Source: Candidatus Woesearchaeota archaeon
GTDB taxonomy: Archaea > Nanobdellota > Nanobdellia > Woesearchaeales > GW2011-AR4
NCBI GenBank assembly: GCA_016188245.1
Contig: JACPIE010000028.1
Coordinates: 5,704 to 69,703 of the forward strand
Length of the DNA: 64,000 nt
Reading direction: 5' to 3'
Shown here: positions 44,529-52,355 of the stretch, one piece after another
Numbering within the stretch: position 1 is the stretch's first letter
How the letters are laid out: every line of letters starts with the position of its first letter
The notes under the pieces: model-generated
What the model saw: only the letters and a program-made list of their open reading frames with translations
Database searches by the model: none
Told to the model about the DNA's origin: nothing
Made by a program: the position numbers and the translations under genes

Positions 44529-44654
44529 ACGGCTGTGGTCTAGTGGTTTGATACGAGCTTCCCAGTAACATAAAGTTATGAAAGAGCTTGTGGTCCGGGT
44601 TCGATTATGTGTGAAGTGAGCAATGCTTTCACATCGCAAGTCCCGGCAGCCGTA
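44529..44654 (+). tRNA. tRNA-Gly(CCC) with two introns (after position 37, and in the T-loop)
   Basis: Acceptor ACGGCUG/CAGCCGU plus discriminator A. D-arm GUC-UAGUGGUUU-GAU. Anticodon stem CGAGC/GCUUG, with loop UUCCCA interrupted by about 20 nt (44565-44584). T-arm CCGGG-UUCGAUU-CCCGG interrupted by 35 nt (44607-44641) that forms a UGUGAAG/UUUCACA helix. Confidence 0.75.
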
Positions 44655-44699
44655 TTTATTTAGAAACCTATTTATACTAATCCCCATAGTTCATGAGTT

Positions 44700-45308
44700 A
44701 TGGTATGGGGTCTGTTTCACGAGATAGGAAGAAAGATAATCCACATAACGATTCTTTTCGTGCTTGGAGCTTATTTCCTTATACAGGAAAGCCTTACAGG
44801 TGCCGGCTATACAGCTGCACTTGCAAAACAGGTTGCACTGCTTTTTCTTGTTGCACTGCTGATCATTTTTTTGATACTTGAATACCTGAGGCTGGAGCTC
44901 GGATGGAGAATGCCGTTCTTTTCGCAGTTTATAAGGCCAAAAGAGCAAAATAGGATGTATGGGGTCATTTATTTTCTCTCAGCAACTGTCATTTCGCTTG
45001 CTGTATTCGACCATAAGATTGCCTTGGCAGCGCTGCTCATGACAACTTTTGGGGACATGGCTGCCGCGTTAATAGGAAAAAGATACGGAAACACTTTAAT
45101 TTACAGGAACAAAACCTGGGCGGGTTTTTTGGCAGAGCTCGGAGTGAATTTAGCTGTTGGGTTTTTTGTGCTGAACAACATCTATGTCATAATAGGCATG
45201 GCATCGATTGCCACAGTCGTGGAAACATTAGTTGACGAGCTGGACGACAACCTTCTCATACCCCTGTTTGCCGGTTTTGCAGGCCAGATAATACAGTTTA
45301 GCCTATAA
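44700..45308 (+). CDS. Polyprenol/dolichol kinase-like membrane protein (CTP-dependent cytidylyltransferase-fold family)
   Basis: Polytopic; TFGDMAAALIGKRYGN and KTWAGFLAE resemble the dolichol kinase / CDS-family motif. Confidence 0.5.
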   Translation: MVWGLFHEIGRKIIHITILFVLGAYFLIQESLTGAGYTAALAKQVALLFLVALLIIFLILEYLRLELGWRMPFFSQFIRPKEQNRMYGVIYFLSATVISLAVFDHKIALAALLMTTFGDMAAALIGKRYGNTLIYRNKTWAGFLAELGVNLAVGFFVLNNIYVIIGMASIATVVETLVDELDDNLLIPLFAGFAGQIIQFSL

Positions 45309-45764
45309 TTTTGCAATCAACTGGCCTTCATCTATTGGCTCCACCATTTCAAACATCGACTTCAGCCCATTCTCCAAAGAAGACTCGTCGCATATCTTGT
45401 GGTGGGTATGCGGGAAAACTATCCATTTTTTGTCAAGCCCGGAAAAAGGATTCACAAATATTATGCTAAGAAACTTAAAGTTTATCAGCTTCTGCCAGTT
45501 TTTTATAACTGTGTCAAAATTGCCCTTGGAGTTTAAGGCCACAATGCCGAAATAGGCGTTATTGCTTATTCTTTGTATGATCGCATTCATATCCGAGATG
45601 CTTGGCGCAATTATAAAATACTGCTCCCTGTCTTTGTATCTGACATACAGGTCAAAGCCGTCTTTGCCATTCTCTATTTTCTCTATTTTTTTGGAGACAA
45701 TATCCTTGTTTTTTATGAAGTTTACTGTCCAGTCTGCCAGGAACAATGCTGCTTTGTCCTTCAT
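45303..45764 (-). CDS. Hypothetical protein, 153 aa
   Basis: ATG-initiated ORF with a TATA-like element about 25 nt upstream. No family recognised. Confidence 0.4.
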   Translation of the reverse strand: MKDKAALFLADWTVNFIKNKDIVSKKIEKIENGKDGFDLYVRYKDREQYFIIAPSISDMNAIIQRISNNAYFGIVALNSKGNFDTVIKNWQKLINFKFLSIIFVNPFSGLDKKWIVFPHTHHKICDESSLENGLKSMFEMVEPIDEGQLIAKL

Positions 45765-45788
45765 GGCAAAATTTTTAGAATTCTTATT

Positions 45789-45806
45789 TATAAAATTATC
45801 GAAAAA
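45789..45806 (-). promoter_or_regulatory. TATA-box-like promoter element (copy 1 of an 18-nt direct repeat)
   Basis: TATAAAATTATCGAAAAA reads TTTTTCGATAATTTTATA on the minus strand, with TTTTATA about 25 nt upstream of the ATG at 45764. An identical 18-mer lies at 45852-45869. Confidence 0.35.
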
Positions 45807-45893
45807 TTTCGTTTTTCGGAATTTTATATTCGAAAATTTTAATTTTCTTTATATAAAATTATCGAAAAACTTGGATTTGATTTTAAAGTATTC

Positions 45894-46637
45894 TCAGTCG
45901 TTCTCCACCCTTGGAGCAAGAATAAATGAAAGCATTACCTTGTCAACTGTCTTGTATTCAAGCTTTAAGGGGTAGTCCTTGTTGAATTGTATCGTAACAT
46001 CGCCGCTGAGCTTGGAGCCATTAATCATCTTTTTAAGGTATTCTATGCTGTATTTTGCCTTTACCTTTTCATTTCCATCCATGCTTATTTTTGTGATTTC
46101 ATCTTCTTTTATGTCGATTTTTGCCTGGTTTAGGTCGCCCTCTGCATGCAGTGTAAACTTTTTCGGCTCTGCAATGAAAGCCACGCTCTCACCTACAACA
46201 TCAACATCGGCAACAGCCTCATTAAGGACGCTTGAAGATGTTTTTATAGTGACCGGAAACTTCAAATCAGGGACTTTTTGCTCTTTATCTTCCAGGTCAA
46301 TTATCGGCAGATTGAATGTCCTTGTCGTGCCGCTTTTCAGCTCTATCTTGAGCCTGCCTTCTTCAAGCTCAAGGGTCAGCATATCCTTTGGAGAAGCCCT
46401 CCTGAGCACCTGCTTCAGATTGGCAAGATTGATTGCAATCTCAGTGTCTTTTGTGACATCATACTCTGTGAAAGAGCTGCTAAGCAGCTTGAATACAACC
46501 ATTGCGACATTTGCCGGGTCCATTGCAACCAATTCAATTGCATTCGGAGTTATTTTGAACCTTGCTTCATTCACTAAGTCAGAAATAATGGCAATGCTCT
46601 CCTTCAAGTAGCTCGGTTCTGCTAAAGTAAGTCTCAT
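45894..46637 (-). CDS. pcn: DNA polymerase sliding clamp PCNA
   Basis: LKESIAIISDLVNEARFKITPNAIELVAMDPANVAMVVF plus C-terminal YPLKLEY..LSFILAPRVE. Start set to ATG 46635-46637. Confidence 0.9.
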   Translation of the reverse strand: MRLTLAEPSYLKESIAIISDLVNEARFKITPNAIELVAMDPANVAMVVFKLLSSSFTEYDVTKDTEIAINLANLKQVLRRASPKDMLTLELEEGRLKIELKSGTTRTFNLPIIDLEDKEQKVPDLKFPVTIKTSSSVLNEAVADVDVVGESVAFIAEPKKFTLHAEGDLNQAKIDIKEDEITKISMDGNEKVKAKYSIEYLKKMINGSKLSGDVTIQFNKDYPLKLEYKTVDKVMLSFILAPRVEND

Positions 46638-46687
46638 GAAACACCCCATATCAGGTTATAGTGCTTCATTTATAATTTTTATGGTTT

Positions 46688-48016
46688 TTATAGCCTGACC
46701 CTCTCCCCATTGCCCATTACATGCACATTCTCCCCTTTTTTATAACCCATCTCAGCTGCCAAGTCAGCCAGTGCAGAAGTCATGCTTCGCTCTCCATGCG
46801 CAGGGATTATATGCTTTGGCTTGACAAGATTTATCAAATCTCTTAAGTCTTCCCTTGCAGCATGCCCGCTTTGGTGTACATCTTTGAAAATCCTGACATT
46901 AAAATCCCTTAAATCGGCTTCCAGCCTCTTCCTGTTCTCAATGTTTGTCGGAGTCGGAATTGTCCTGCATGAGAATATCACGTGGTCTTCAGGCATAAAA
47001 TTAAATTTAAGCTCCCCATTCATCATCTTTGAAAGCACGGAATTAGGTTCCCCTTGATGACCAGTTGCAACCATCAAGTACCTGCCCCTGTCTTTGGCAA
47101 TTGCCTTGAGCTTTCTTTTTATCTGCCCGCTGAATTTTAAAACTTCAACTTTGTTGGAAAAGTTCGCAATGCCGGCTGCCTCTGCAGCCCTTACATATTT
47201 TGCCATTGAGCGGCCCATGAAAACTATCTTCCTGTTCATCTTCCTGCCGAATTCAACTATGGAATTCAGCCTTGCGATATGGGATGAAAATGTTGTTACA
47301 ACAACGTGCTTGTTTTTTGACTCTATGCCGAGCATTATCTCTCTCAGCATCTCCTTTGCTATGCTCTCAGAAGGCATTTTTCTCGCATCAGCTGCATAGG
47401 TCGAGTCGCAGACCAAAGCCAAGACTTTTTGATTGCCGAGCTCTTCCAGCCTCCTGAAGTTCGGCTTTTTTCCAAGCGTCGGAAACAGGTCAAACTTGAA
47501 GTCATTTGCGTAAAGTATGATTCCCTCTTTTGTGTGCAAAGCAATAATTACTGTATGGGGAGTTGAATGGGTCATGTGCACGAACTCTATCTTCACATTG
47601 CCTGATGCCTGGAATGATGAGTTGGCAGACATGCTCCTTATCTTGCTGTTGAGTCTTATCTTGTCTTCTGTTATGATGCCATTTATTACTTCTGAAGTGA
47701 AAGGGGTGCACATTATTGGGGCTTTGAAGTTGTTTGCAAGGTAAGGTATTGCGCCGACATGGTCAAGATGCGCATGGGTTGGCAGGATCATCTTGACTTT
47801 TGACTTCCAGTCGCCAATTGCAGAAATGTCAGGAACAGCGCCTGCATCCATGAGCTCATTGGGATTTATGCTTATTATGTCCTCGTCCCTTGTGTATTTT
47901 ACATAATTCTCAAGGTGAATCCCCAAATCAAGAATGTAAACTTCGTCCCCAATCTTCACGGCTGTTGAGTTTTTCCCGACTTCATCATAGCCGCCCACTG
48001 TGCAGATTTCTACCAT
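46688..48016 (-). CDS. rnj: Archaeal RNase J (metallo-beta-lactamase / beta-CASP ribonuclease)
   Basis: GGYDEVGKNSTAV, ILPTHAHLDHVGAIP, beta-CASP region, and C-terminal HQSGHAAREDL..IIPAHGE. Confidence 0.8.
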   Translation of the reverse strand: MVEICTVGGYDEVGKNSTAVKIGDEVYILDLGIHLENYVKYTRDEDIISINPNELMDAGAVPDISAIGDWKSKVKMILPTHAHLDHVGAIPYLANNFKAPIMCTPFTSEVINGIITEDKIRLNSKIRSMSANSSFQASGNVKIEFVHMTHSTPHTVIIALHTKEGIILYANDFKFDLFPTLGKKPNFRRLEELGNQKVLALVCDSTYAADARKMPSESIAKEMLREIMLGIESKNKHVVVTTFSSHIARLNSIVEFGRKMNRKIVFMGRSMAKYVRAAEAAGIANFSNKVEVLKFSGQIKRKLKAIAKDRGRYLMVATGHQGEPNSVLSKMMNGELKFNFMPEDHVIFSCRTIPTPTNIENRKRLEADLRDFNVRIFKDVHQSGHAAREDLRDLINLVKPKHIIPAHGERSMTSALADLAAEMGYKKGENVHVMGNGERVRL

Positions 48017-48050
48017 TGAGGATTAGCAATCAGAGGATGGTATAAAAAGG

Positions 48051-48443
48051 TTATGTAGATAATTCGTTCAATAGTTTCATTGCTTCTTTTGATTTTCCAA
48101 TAGGAACAAACAAGTGGTCATGATAATAGGCAGAAACAGCATTAATACTTATCCCATTGGAGGCGAGCTTATTTGTTATCACCGCTAAGAAACCTATTGC
48201 ATTTAAATTAGAATGAACGGTTAAAGTAATCATTGCCCATTCATTTTCATAAGAAATTTTATTTTGGTCAGCAATTTTCTTTTCCAAAATAATTGTGATT
48301 CCTTCTTTCTCCTTAAAAATCATTATTGCTTCATCTTTTAACTTTAATTTTAAATTTTTTACAGTACAAAAAACAAAGCTTTCACCCATCAGTTTAGGCT
48401 TTATTGATTTTAGCAGAATGTTCAAATCTTTAATACCTTTCAT
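48051..48443 (-). CDS. ACT domain protein
   Basis: ITLTVHSNLNAIGFLAVITNKLASNGISINAVSAYYHDHLFV is ACT-like. Start set to ATG 48441-48443 to clear the adjacent tRNA. Confidence 0.6.
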   Translation of the reverse strand: MKGIKDLNILLKSIKPKLMGESFVFCTVKNLKLKLKDEAIMIFKEKEGITIILEKKIADQNKISYENEWAMITLTVHSNLNAIGFLAVITNKLASNGISINAVSAYYHDHLFVPIGKSKEAMKLLNELST

Positions 48444-48458
48444 TTTGTTAATAATATA

Positions 48459-48617
48459 TGCGGGGAGCAGGATTCGAACCTGCGAAGGCACTAAGCCAAT
48501 AGATGGCTCGCAAGTACTTCATCAGCTTTTTGAGCCTCGTTACTTCAAACTTGAGTTTGGATGTTTAGCACCCTAATGCCAAAACGCTATCCCGTTTGGC
48601 CGCTCCGGCATCCCCGC
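48459..48617 (-). tRNA. tRNA gene with about 80 nt of intervening sequence; anticodon unresolved (Leu-like acceptor/D-arm)
   Basis: Reverse complement has acceptor GCGGGGA/UCCCCGC plus discriminator A, D-arm CCG-GAGCGGCCAAA-CGG and T-arm GCAGG-UUCGAAU-CCUGC. Several alternative anticodon-arm-like hairpins lie between D- and T-arms. Confidence 0.6.
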
Positions 48618-48816
48618 ATAGGGTTTAGAATTAAAATTGGCTTTAAAAACATTGCTGAAAAATCAATTACGATAGTAATATCAAAAATCAATCACGAGAG
48701 CGACTTTGTGTTTCATCAGGTTAAGAAAGTAATCCGCTTTGGACAGAGCATTAAATTAATAGGAGAGCCAGAACTTGTGGCAGGCAGTGAGGGTGGGCAC
48801 AAGATATTGTTGCGAA

Positions 48817-48867
48817 GCCCTAAAAAATCCATAGGATTTTTGGGCACCAAAAATGCTTTGCATTTTT
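48817..48867 (-). terminator. Two tandem hairpins with U-tracts downstream of the 50219-48909 operon
   Basis: GCCCTAAAAAATCC-ATA-GGATTTTTGGGC (48817-48845) and AAAAATGC-TTT-GCATTTTT (48849-48867). On the minus strand each ends in a T-run, 40-90 nt after the stop at 48909. Confidence 0.35.
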
Positions 48868-48908
48868 TAGTGCAACGGAATGAAAAAAATTTAAGAAAAA
48901 ACAATCTT

Positions 48909-49337
48909 TCAAATCAAATTCTTCAGCTTGCCTTCTATCGCGCTTAGCTGTGATTCAAGCTTCTCCACTTCAGTCATGTCTTTTTTTGGAGGGGCATTAT
49001 CTTTTTTCTGAGGTGTTTTTTCCTTTTTCTGCTCAGGAGCTTTTGATTTTTTCTTCTTATGGTTTTTTTTGGCAGGAGCTTCCCTGACGACAACAGCCCT
49101 CAGGTTGGTCTGCGGCAGCTTGCCCCTTAAGTCGCCAAGCATTTTGTTTGCCTGCCTGATTTGGACTCTAAGATGGTTTATCTTTTCAATCTTTTCGTGC
49201 CTTATCTGCCTGAATTTCTCAAAGCTCTGCAGCACCCCGACTATCTCCTTCAGGGTTTCAAGAATGCTTCTCCTGACTTCAGCAGGGTTCCTGACCTGCA
49301 CGAAAAAAAGCTCGCTGTCCTGCTCCTTTTTTACCAT
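48909..49337 (-). CDS. Hypothetical coiled-coil protein with Lys-rich middle (paralog group member 3)
   Basis: LFFVQVRNPAEVRRSILETLKEIV aligns with the VFVKIDEYKEIL / IYVKVDKFKATL openings of the two upstream genes. Overlaps the upstream gene by 7 nt. Confidence 0.4.
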   Translation of the reverse strand: MVKKEQDSELFFVQVRNPAEVRRSILETLKEIVGVLQSFEKFRQIRHEKIEKINHLRVQIRQANKMLGDLRGKLPQTNLRAVVVREAPAKKNHKKKKSKAPEQKKEKTPQKKDNAPPKKDMTEVEKLESQLSAIEGKLKNLI

Positions 49338-49573
49338 GTCTGTTCCGGCTCAAACATAATCTTGTCAATTCCTTCTATCTTCCTTTCTATCTCATTTATG
49401 GTGTTGTTCCACATGGAAAGCTCACCATCCTCTTCATTTCGCAATGAATTGATGCTGCCAAGCGTTTCCCTTATCTCCCGTATCTTGGACTTCACCATCT
49501 CCAAAACATCCAGTATCTCCTTATACTCATCTATCTTAACGAAAACAGGCGCTCCGGTTCTTTGCTCTTGCAT
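49331..49573 (-). CDS. Hypothetical small coiled-coil protein (paralog group member 2)
   Basis: Start set to ATG 49571-49573, 1 nt after the upstream stop. Contains PVFVKIDEYKEILDVLEMVKSKIREIRETLGSI. Confidence 0.4.
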   Translation of the reverse strand: MQEQRTGAPVFVKIDEYKEILDVLEMVKSKIREIRETLGSINSLRNEEDGELSMWNNTINEIERKIEGIDKIMFEPEQTW

Positions 49574-49574
49574 T

Positions 49575-50219
49575 TTACTCACCTTCAAATAAAGTTTTGT
49601 CAATGAAAATAAGTTTTTTCTGCAGGTCATCAAGCGAGGATTTTACCCTGTCAAAAGCCCTGTCCTTTGAATTTTTTATGCTCTCAAGCTTCGCCAGCGC
49701 TTCCTCAGTTTTTTTCAAATCGCTCCTGACAACATTGATGCTTCCAAGAGTGGCTTTAAATTTGTCCACTTTTACATAGATTGTTTTGCCTGTCGGCCTT
49801 TCCCGCAACGGCTTTTCATGGGAAAACAGCCTTCTGCCCATTTTTGACCTGCCCATCTGCGTAAATTTGGGCTCTTCCGGGGCAGCGATGTTCTCTTCTT
49901 CAGGCTCAGCAACCGCCATTGGCTCCGGAATATTCGGAGAAGTCATAGTGGCGCTTATATCCTGCACAGTGGCTGCAGCAGGCGCTTCAACAGCCCGGAT
50001 ATCGGGATTTTCAAGCTCCGGAATCTCAGGCAAGGGCTCTTCATTCATATCAAAATTAGGCATATCTTTTGGGGCAGAAATTTTCTCCTCGGGAAATTCA
50101 GGAAACTCCGGAAGATCCATGCTTCCTTCTGCATTCCCAAGTGAAGGCGGCGCAGGCGGCAAATCTAGCTCATCCAAATCAGCTTTCTTTTCCCTCTTCA
50201 AGAACTTTAAAAAACCCAC
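49575..50219 (-). CDS. Hypothetical protein: N-terminal amphipathic MGFLKFLKR, Pro/Glu-rich linker, C-terminal coiled coil (paralog group member 1)
   Basis: 214 aa; low-complexity acidic/proline linker; C-terminus TIYVKVDKFKATLGSINVVRSDLKKTEEAL. Confidence 0.45.
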   Translation of the reverse strand: MGFLKFLKREKKADLDELDLPPAPPSLGNAEGSMDLPEFPEFPEEKISAPKDMPNFDMNEEPLPEIPELENPDIRAVEAPAAATVQDISATMTSPNIPEPMAVAEPEEENIAAPEEPKFTQMGRSKMGRRLFSHEKPLRERPTGKTIYVKVDKFKATLGSINVVRSDLKKTEEALAKLESIKNSKDRAFDRVKSSLDDLQKKLIFIDKTLFEGE

Positions 50220-50344
50220 TCAATCACACCCTATTGGATATACTTAGCCGTTCTTATTAAAATTTTTGTTAGCATTGTTAAATGGTAAAGTATATATGCT
50301 TGCTGGAATAAAAGATATATACTCCAAGCACGCAATCAAATAAA

Positions 50345-51070
50345 ATGAAAAAACTGGCAATTTTCCTGCTTTTCTCGGTTGTTTATATGAACTTTTCATT
50401 TGCACAGGCAACTTGCGATTATAAGGTTGAAATCCTTGCCGACGGAGACGAATTTGAAGCAGAAGAATTCAAGTGGCGCATGAAAGCAACAAAAATAGAG
50501 GGCAAATCAACAAATATAACAGGAACTGCAAAAATTGAAGATTCAGGCGGCAGGGCTGTCAAAAGCTACAAGCCATGGACTTCCCAGTCAATTTCAAAGC
50601 AGAAAACCTCGAGTGAATATTCGCCCAACTTAAAGCCCGGAGAATACAAAATAACGGCAGAAATCAAAGTTGAATGCGATGACACAGACAAGTCAAATAA
50701 TGAGGATGAAAAAGAGATTGAAATAAAAGGCGAAATAAAAGAAAAAACATCCAAAAGCAGCAAAAATGATGAAGAAACTGCCGATGAAGGCACAGGGGGC
50801 GAGCAAAGACAGCAAACAGCTAAAACCACACAAACTGCAGCAAAAGAAAAGCCGAGCAAACAAGCCACAGAAGAGCTTGAGAATACAGTGGAATTGAAGT
50901 CACAGGCTGTCCAGCGAAACAAAGAGCTGCCGGCAACAGCAAACATAATCTCGAATGAAAAAATAGAAACCGTCTATGCATCAAGCAATGAGCGGGCAAA
51001 AGGGTGGATTATGGCACTCCTATTGACTATATCGGTATTGCTGAATATCATCCTGATATGGAAAAGATGA
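50345..51070 (+). CDS. Secreted, C-terminally membrane-anchored protein
   Basis: Signal peptide MKKLAIFLLFSVVYMNFSFAQA, a beta-rich domain, an acidic/Lys-rich linker, and C-terminal TM WIMALLLTISVLLNIILIW. Confidence 0.4.
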   Translation: MKKLAIFLLFSVVYMNFSFAQATCDYKVEILADGDEFEAEEFKWRMKATKIEGKSTNITGTAKIEDSGGRAVKSYKPWTSQSISKQKTSSEYSPNLKPGEYKITAEIKVECDDTDKSNNEDEKEIEIKGEIKEKTSKSSKNDEETADEGTGGEQRQQTAKTTQTAAKEKPSKQATEELENTVELKSQAVQRNKELPATANIISNEKIETVYASSNERAKGWIMALLLTISVLLNIILIWKR

Positions 51071-51697
51071 TCAGCGCCTTGAATGCCAAACATACACAAA
51101 TTCCCCGGCATTCCTGCATTTTTCAATAAAACCATTCAAGAGCCTGTAAATCTCCCTGCATTTCATTATGTCAATGGAATTCTTGTAAAAATGGAACAGT
51201 TCAGAAAGCGCTTCATTGCAAATATCTTCCGAATCATCTTTTAGAATCTGCAGTTTTTTGTAATGAGCCAATGCTTCATCTGGCTTTTTCGCGCCGAATG
51301 CCTTGTTTAGCCCTTCTGCCGAGACGCAAATGGCATTTACAAGCTTTAACATATGGCTGTCAATGCGCTCAATGCCCAGGGCCATAAGTTTGGATGATAA
51401 ATCAGCCAGCAAATCTGCAGCCTCGCGCAAAAGCAAAGCAATGCTGTACATGTTGTTTTTTCCGGATAAGCCGCCGCTGCCAAGCTTGAGAACAATCTCT
51501 TGATGCAGCTCATCAGACTGCCCTTTGAGCTTTTTAATATGCTGGACTCTTGATTTTCTTTCGCTCCTGTCAAGCTTTGAATAATCATCAACAATGGATT
51601 TCAGCTCATTTGCCGAAACAAGAACGTTTGCAGACTGGCCTGCAAGCATATCAAATATGGCTTTTTTTGGCGCAAGCCAATGCATGATATTTTTCAT
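51071..51697 (-). CDS. Hypothetical helical protein (possibly DUF47/PhoU-like)
   Basis: All-helical heptad-like sequence of DUF47-like size. Start set to ATG 51695-51697; assignment is weak. Confidence 0.3.
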   Translation of the reverse strand: MKNIMHWLAPKKAIFDMLAGQSANVLVSANELKSIVDDYSKLDRSERKSRVQHIKKLKGQSDELHQEIVLKLGSGGLSGKNNMYSIALLLREAADLLADLSSKLMALGIERIDSHMLKLVNAICVSAEGLNKAFGAKKPDEALAHYKKLQILKDDSEDICNEALSELFHFYKNSIDIMKCREIYRLLNGFIEKCRNAGEFVYVWHSRR

Positions 51698-51773
51698 AAT
51701 TTCAGACGATAGCCTTTTGTATAAATAAGTTTCGTTGCAAAGATTTTTAAACAAATATCTTTACTTTGGGCAT

Positions 51774-52355
51774 ATGGCAGAAGAGCAGCAAGGAGAACAT
51801 GCACATATAAGGTGCAGGGCAATAATTGAAGTACTGGGCAAGCCGAAAGAGCATGTTGAAAATGCGATAAAAGAGTACATAGAGCACATCAAGCAGGACT
51901 CCGAGCTTGTCATTTTAAATGAGGAATACTCGGATGCAGAAGAGCATGGCAGCCTCTGGAGCAAATTTGTTGAAATTGAACTTGTGGTAAAAGGAACAAA
52001 AAAACTTATTGCCTTTTGCTTTGAATACATGCCGTCCTCTCTTGAGATTCTAAAACCGGAGCACTTAGTAATGACTAATCCGGAGCTTTCAAGCTTCCTT
52101 AATGACTTGCAGGCAAGGCTGCATGATGTTGACATGGTGGTCAAGAAGCTGAAGGCAGAGAATGATTTTCTAAGGCTCAACATGAATGCAATCCTGCATA
52201 ACTCAATACTCATCTGCCTTAAAGTCAGCAGGCTTAGCATTGAGCAGATTTCCCAAATTACAGGGGTTGACAAGAAGGAGATTGAGATTTTTGTTGAAAA
52301 AATGCTCAAGGAAAACAAGATTAAAAAAGAAGACGAGCTTTACACTTTAGCATGA
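51774..52355 (+). CDS. Hypothetical protein with C-terminal wHTH-like segment, translationally coupled to scpB
   Basis: Start at ATG 51774. C-terminus LSIEQISQITGVDKKEIEIFVEKML. ATGA overlap with the next gene at 52352-52355. Confidence 0.35.
   Translation: MAEEQQGEHAHIRCRAIIEVLGKPKEHVENAIKEYIEHIKQDSELVILNEEYSDAEEHGSLWSKFVEIELVVKGTKKLIAFCFEYMPSSLEILKPEHLVMTNPELSSFLNDLQARLHDVDMVVKKLKAENDFLRLNMNAILHNSILICLKVSRLSIEQISQITGVDKKEIEIFVEKMLKENKIKKEDELYTLA

Noticed and set aside
48478-48497. An uninterrupted anticodon arm with anticodon CUA inside the long tRNA gene; a possible amber-suppressor tRNA and TAG recoding.
   Set aside because: TAG terminates several well-supported genes in this window at positions consistent with their families (uS2 at 595-597, accC at 12178-12180, birA, and the carboxyltransferase at 16474-16476). 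Position 37 would be U and the variable region 9 nt. I keep it only as one of several competing folds.
48505-48525. A UGAUGA (C-box-like) sequence in the tRNA intervening sequence; a possible intron-encoded C/D box sRNA.
   Set aside because: There is only one C-box-like hexamer. No separate D box (CUGA) or C'/D' pair exists at suitable spacing.
48561-48947. 128-aa plus-strand ORF in the 290-nt gap between the tRNA and the coiled-coil operon.
   Set aside because: It starts inside the minus-strand tRNA gene, runs through the two terminator-like hairpins, and has no recognisable features. The region 48618-48816 is more likely non-coding (it contains a CTTGTG...CACAAG stem), but I could not assign an RNA family.
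49575-50219. Assignment of the MGFLKFLK... protein as SepF.
   Set aside because: Only the amphipathic N-terminus is reminiscent of SepF. The C-terminal part is a plain coiled coil and lacks the conserved SepF core pattern.
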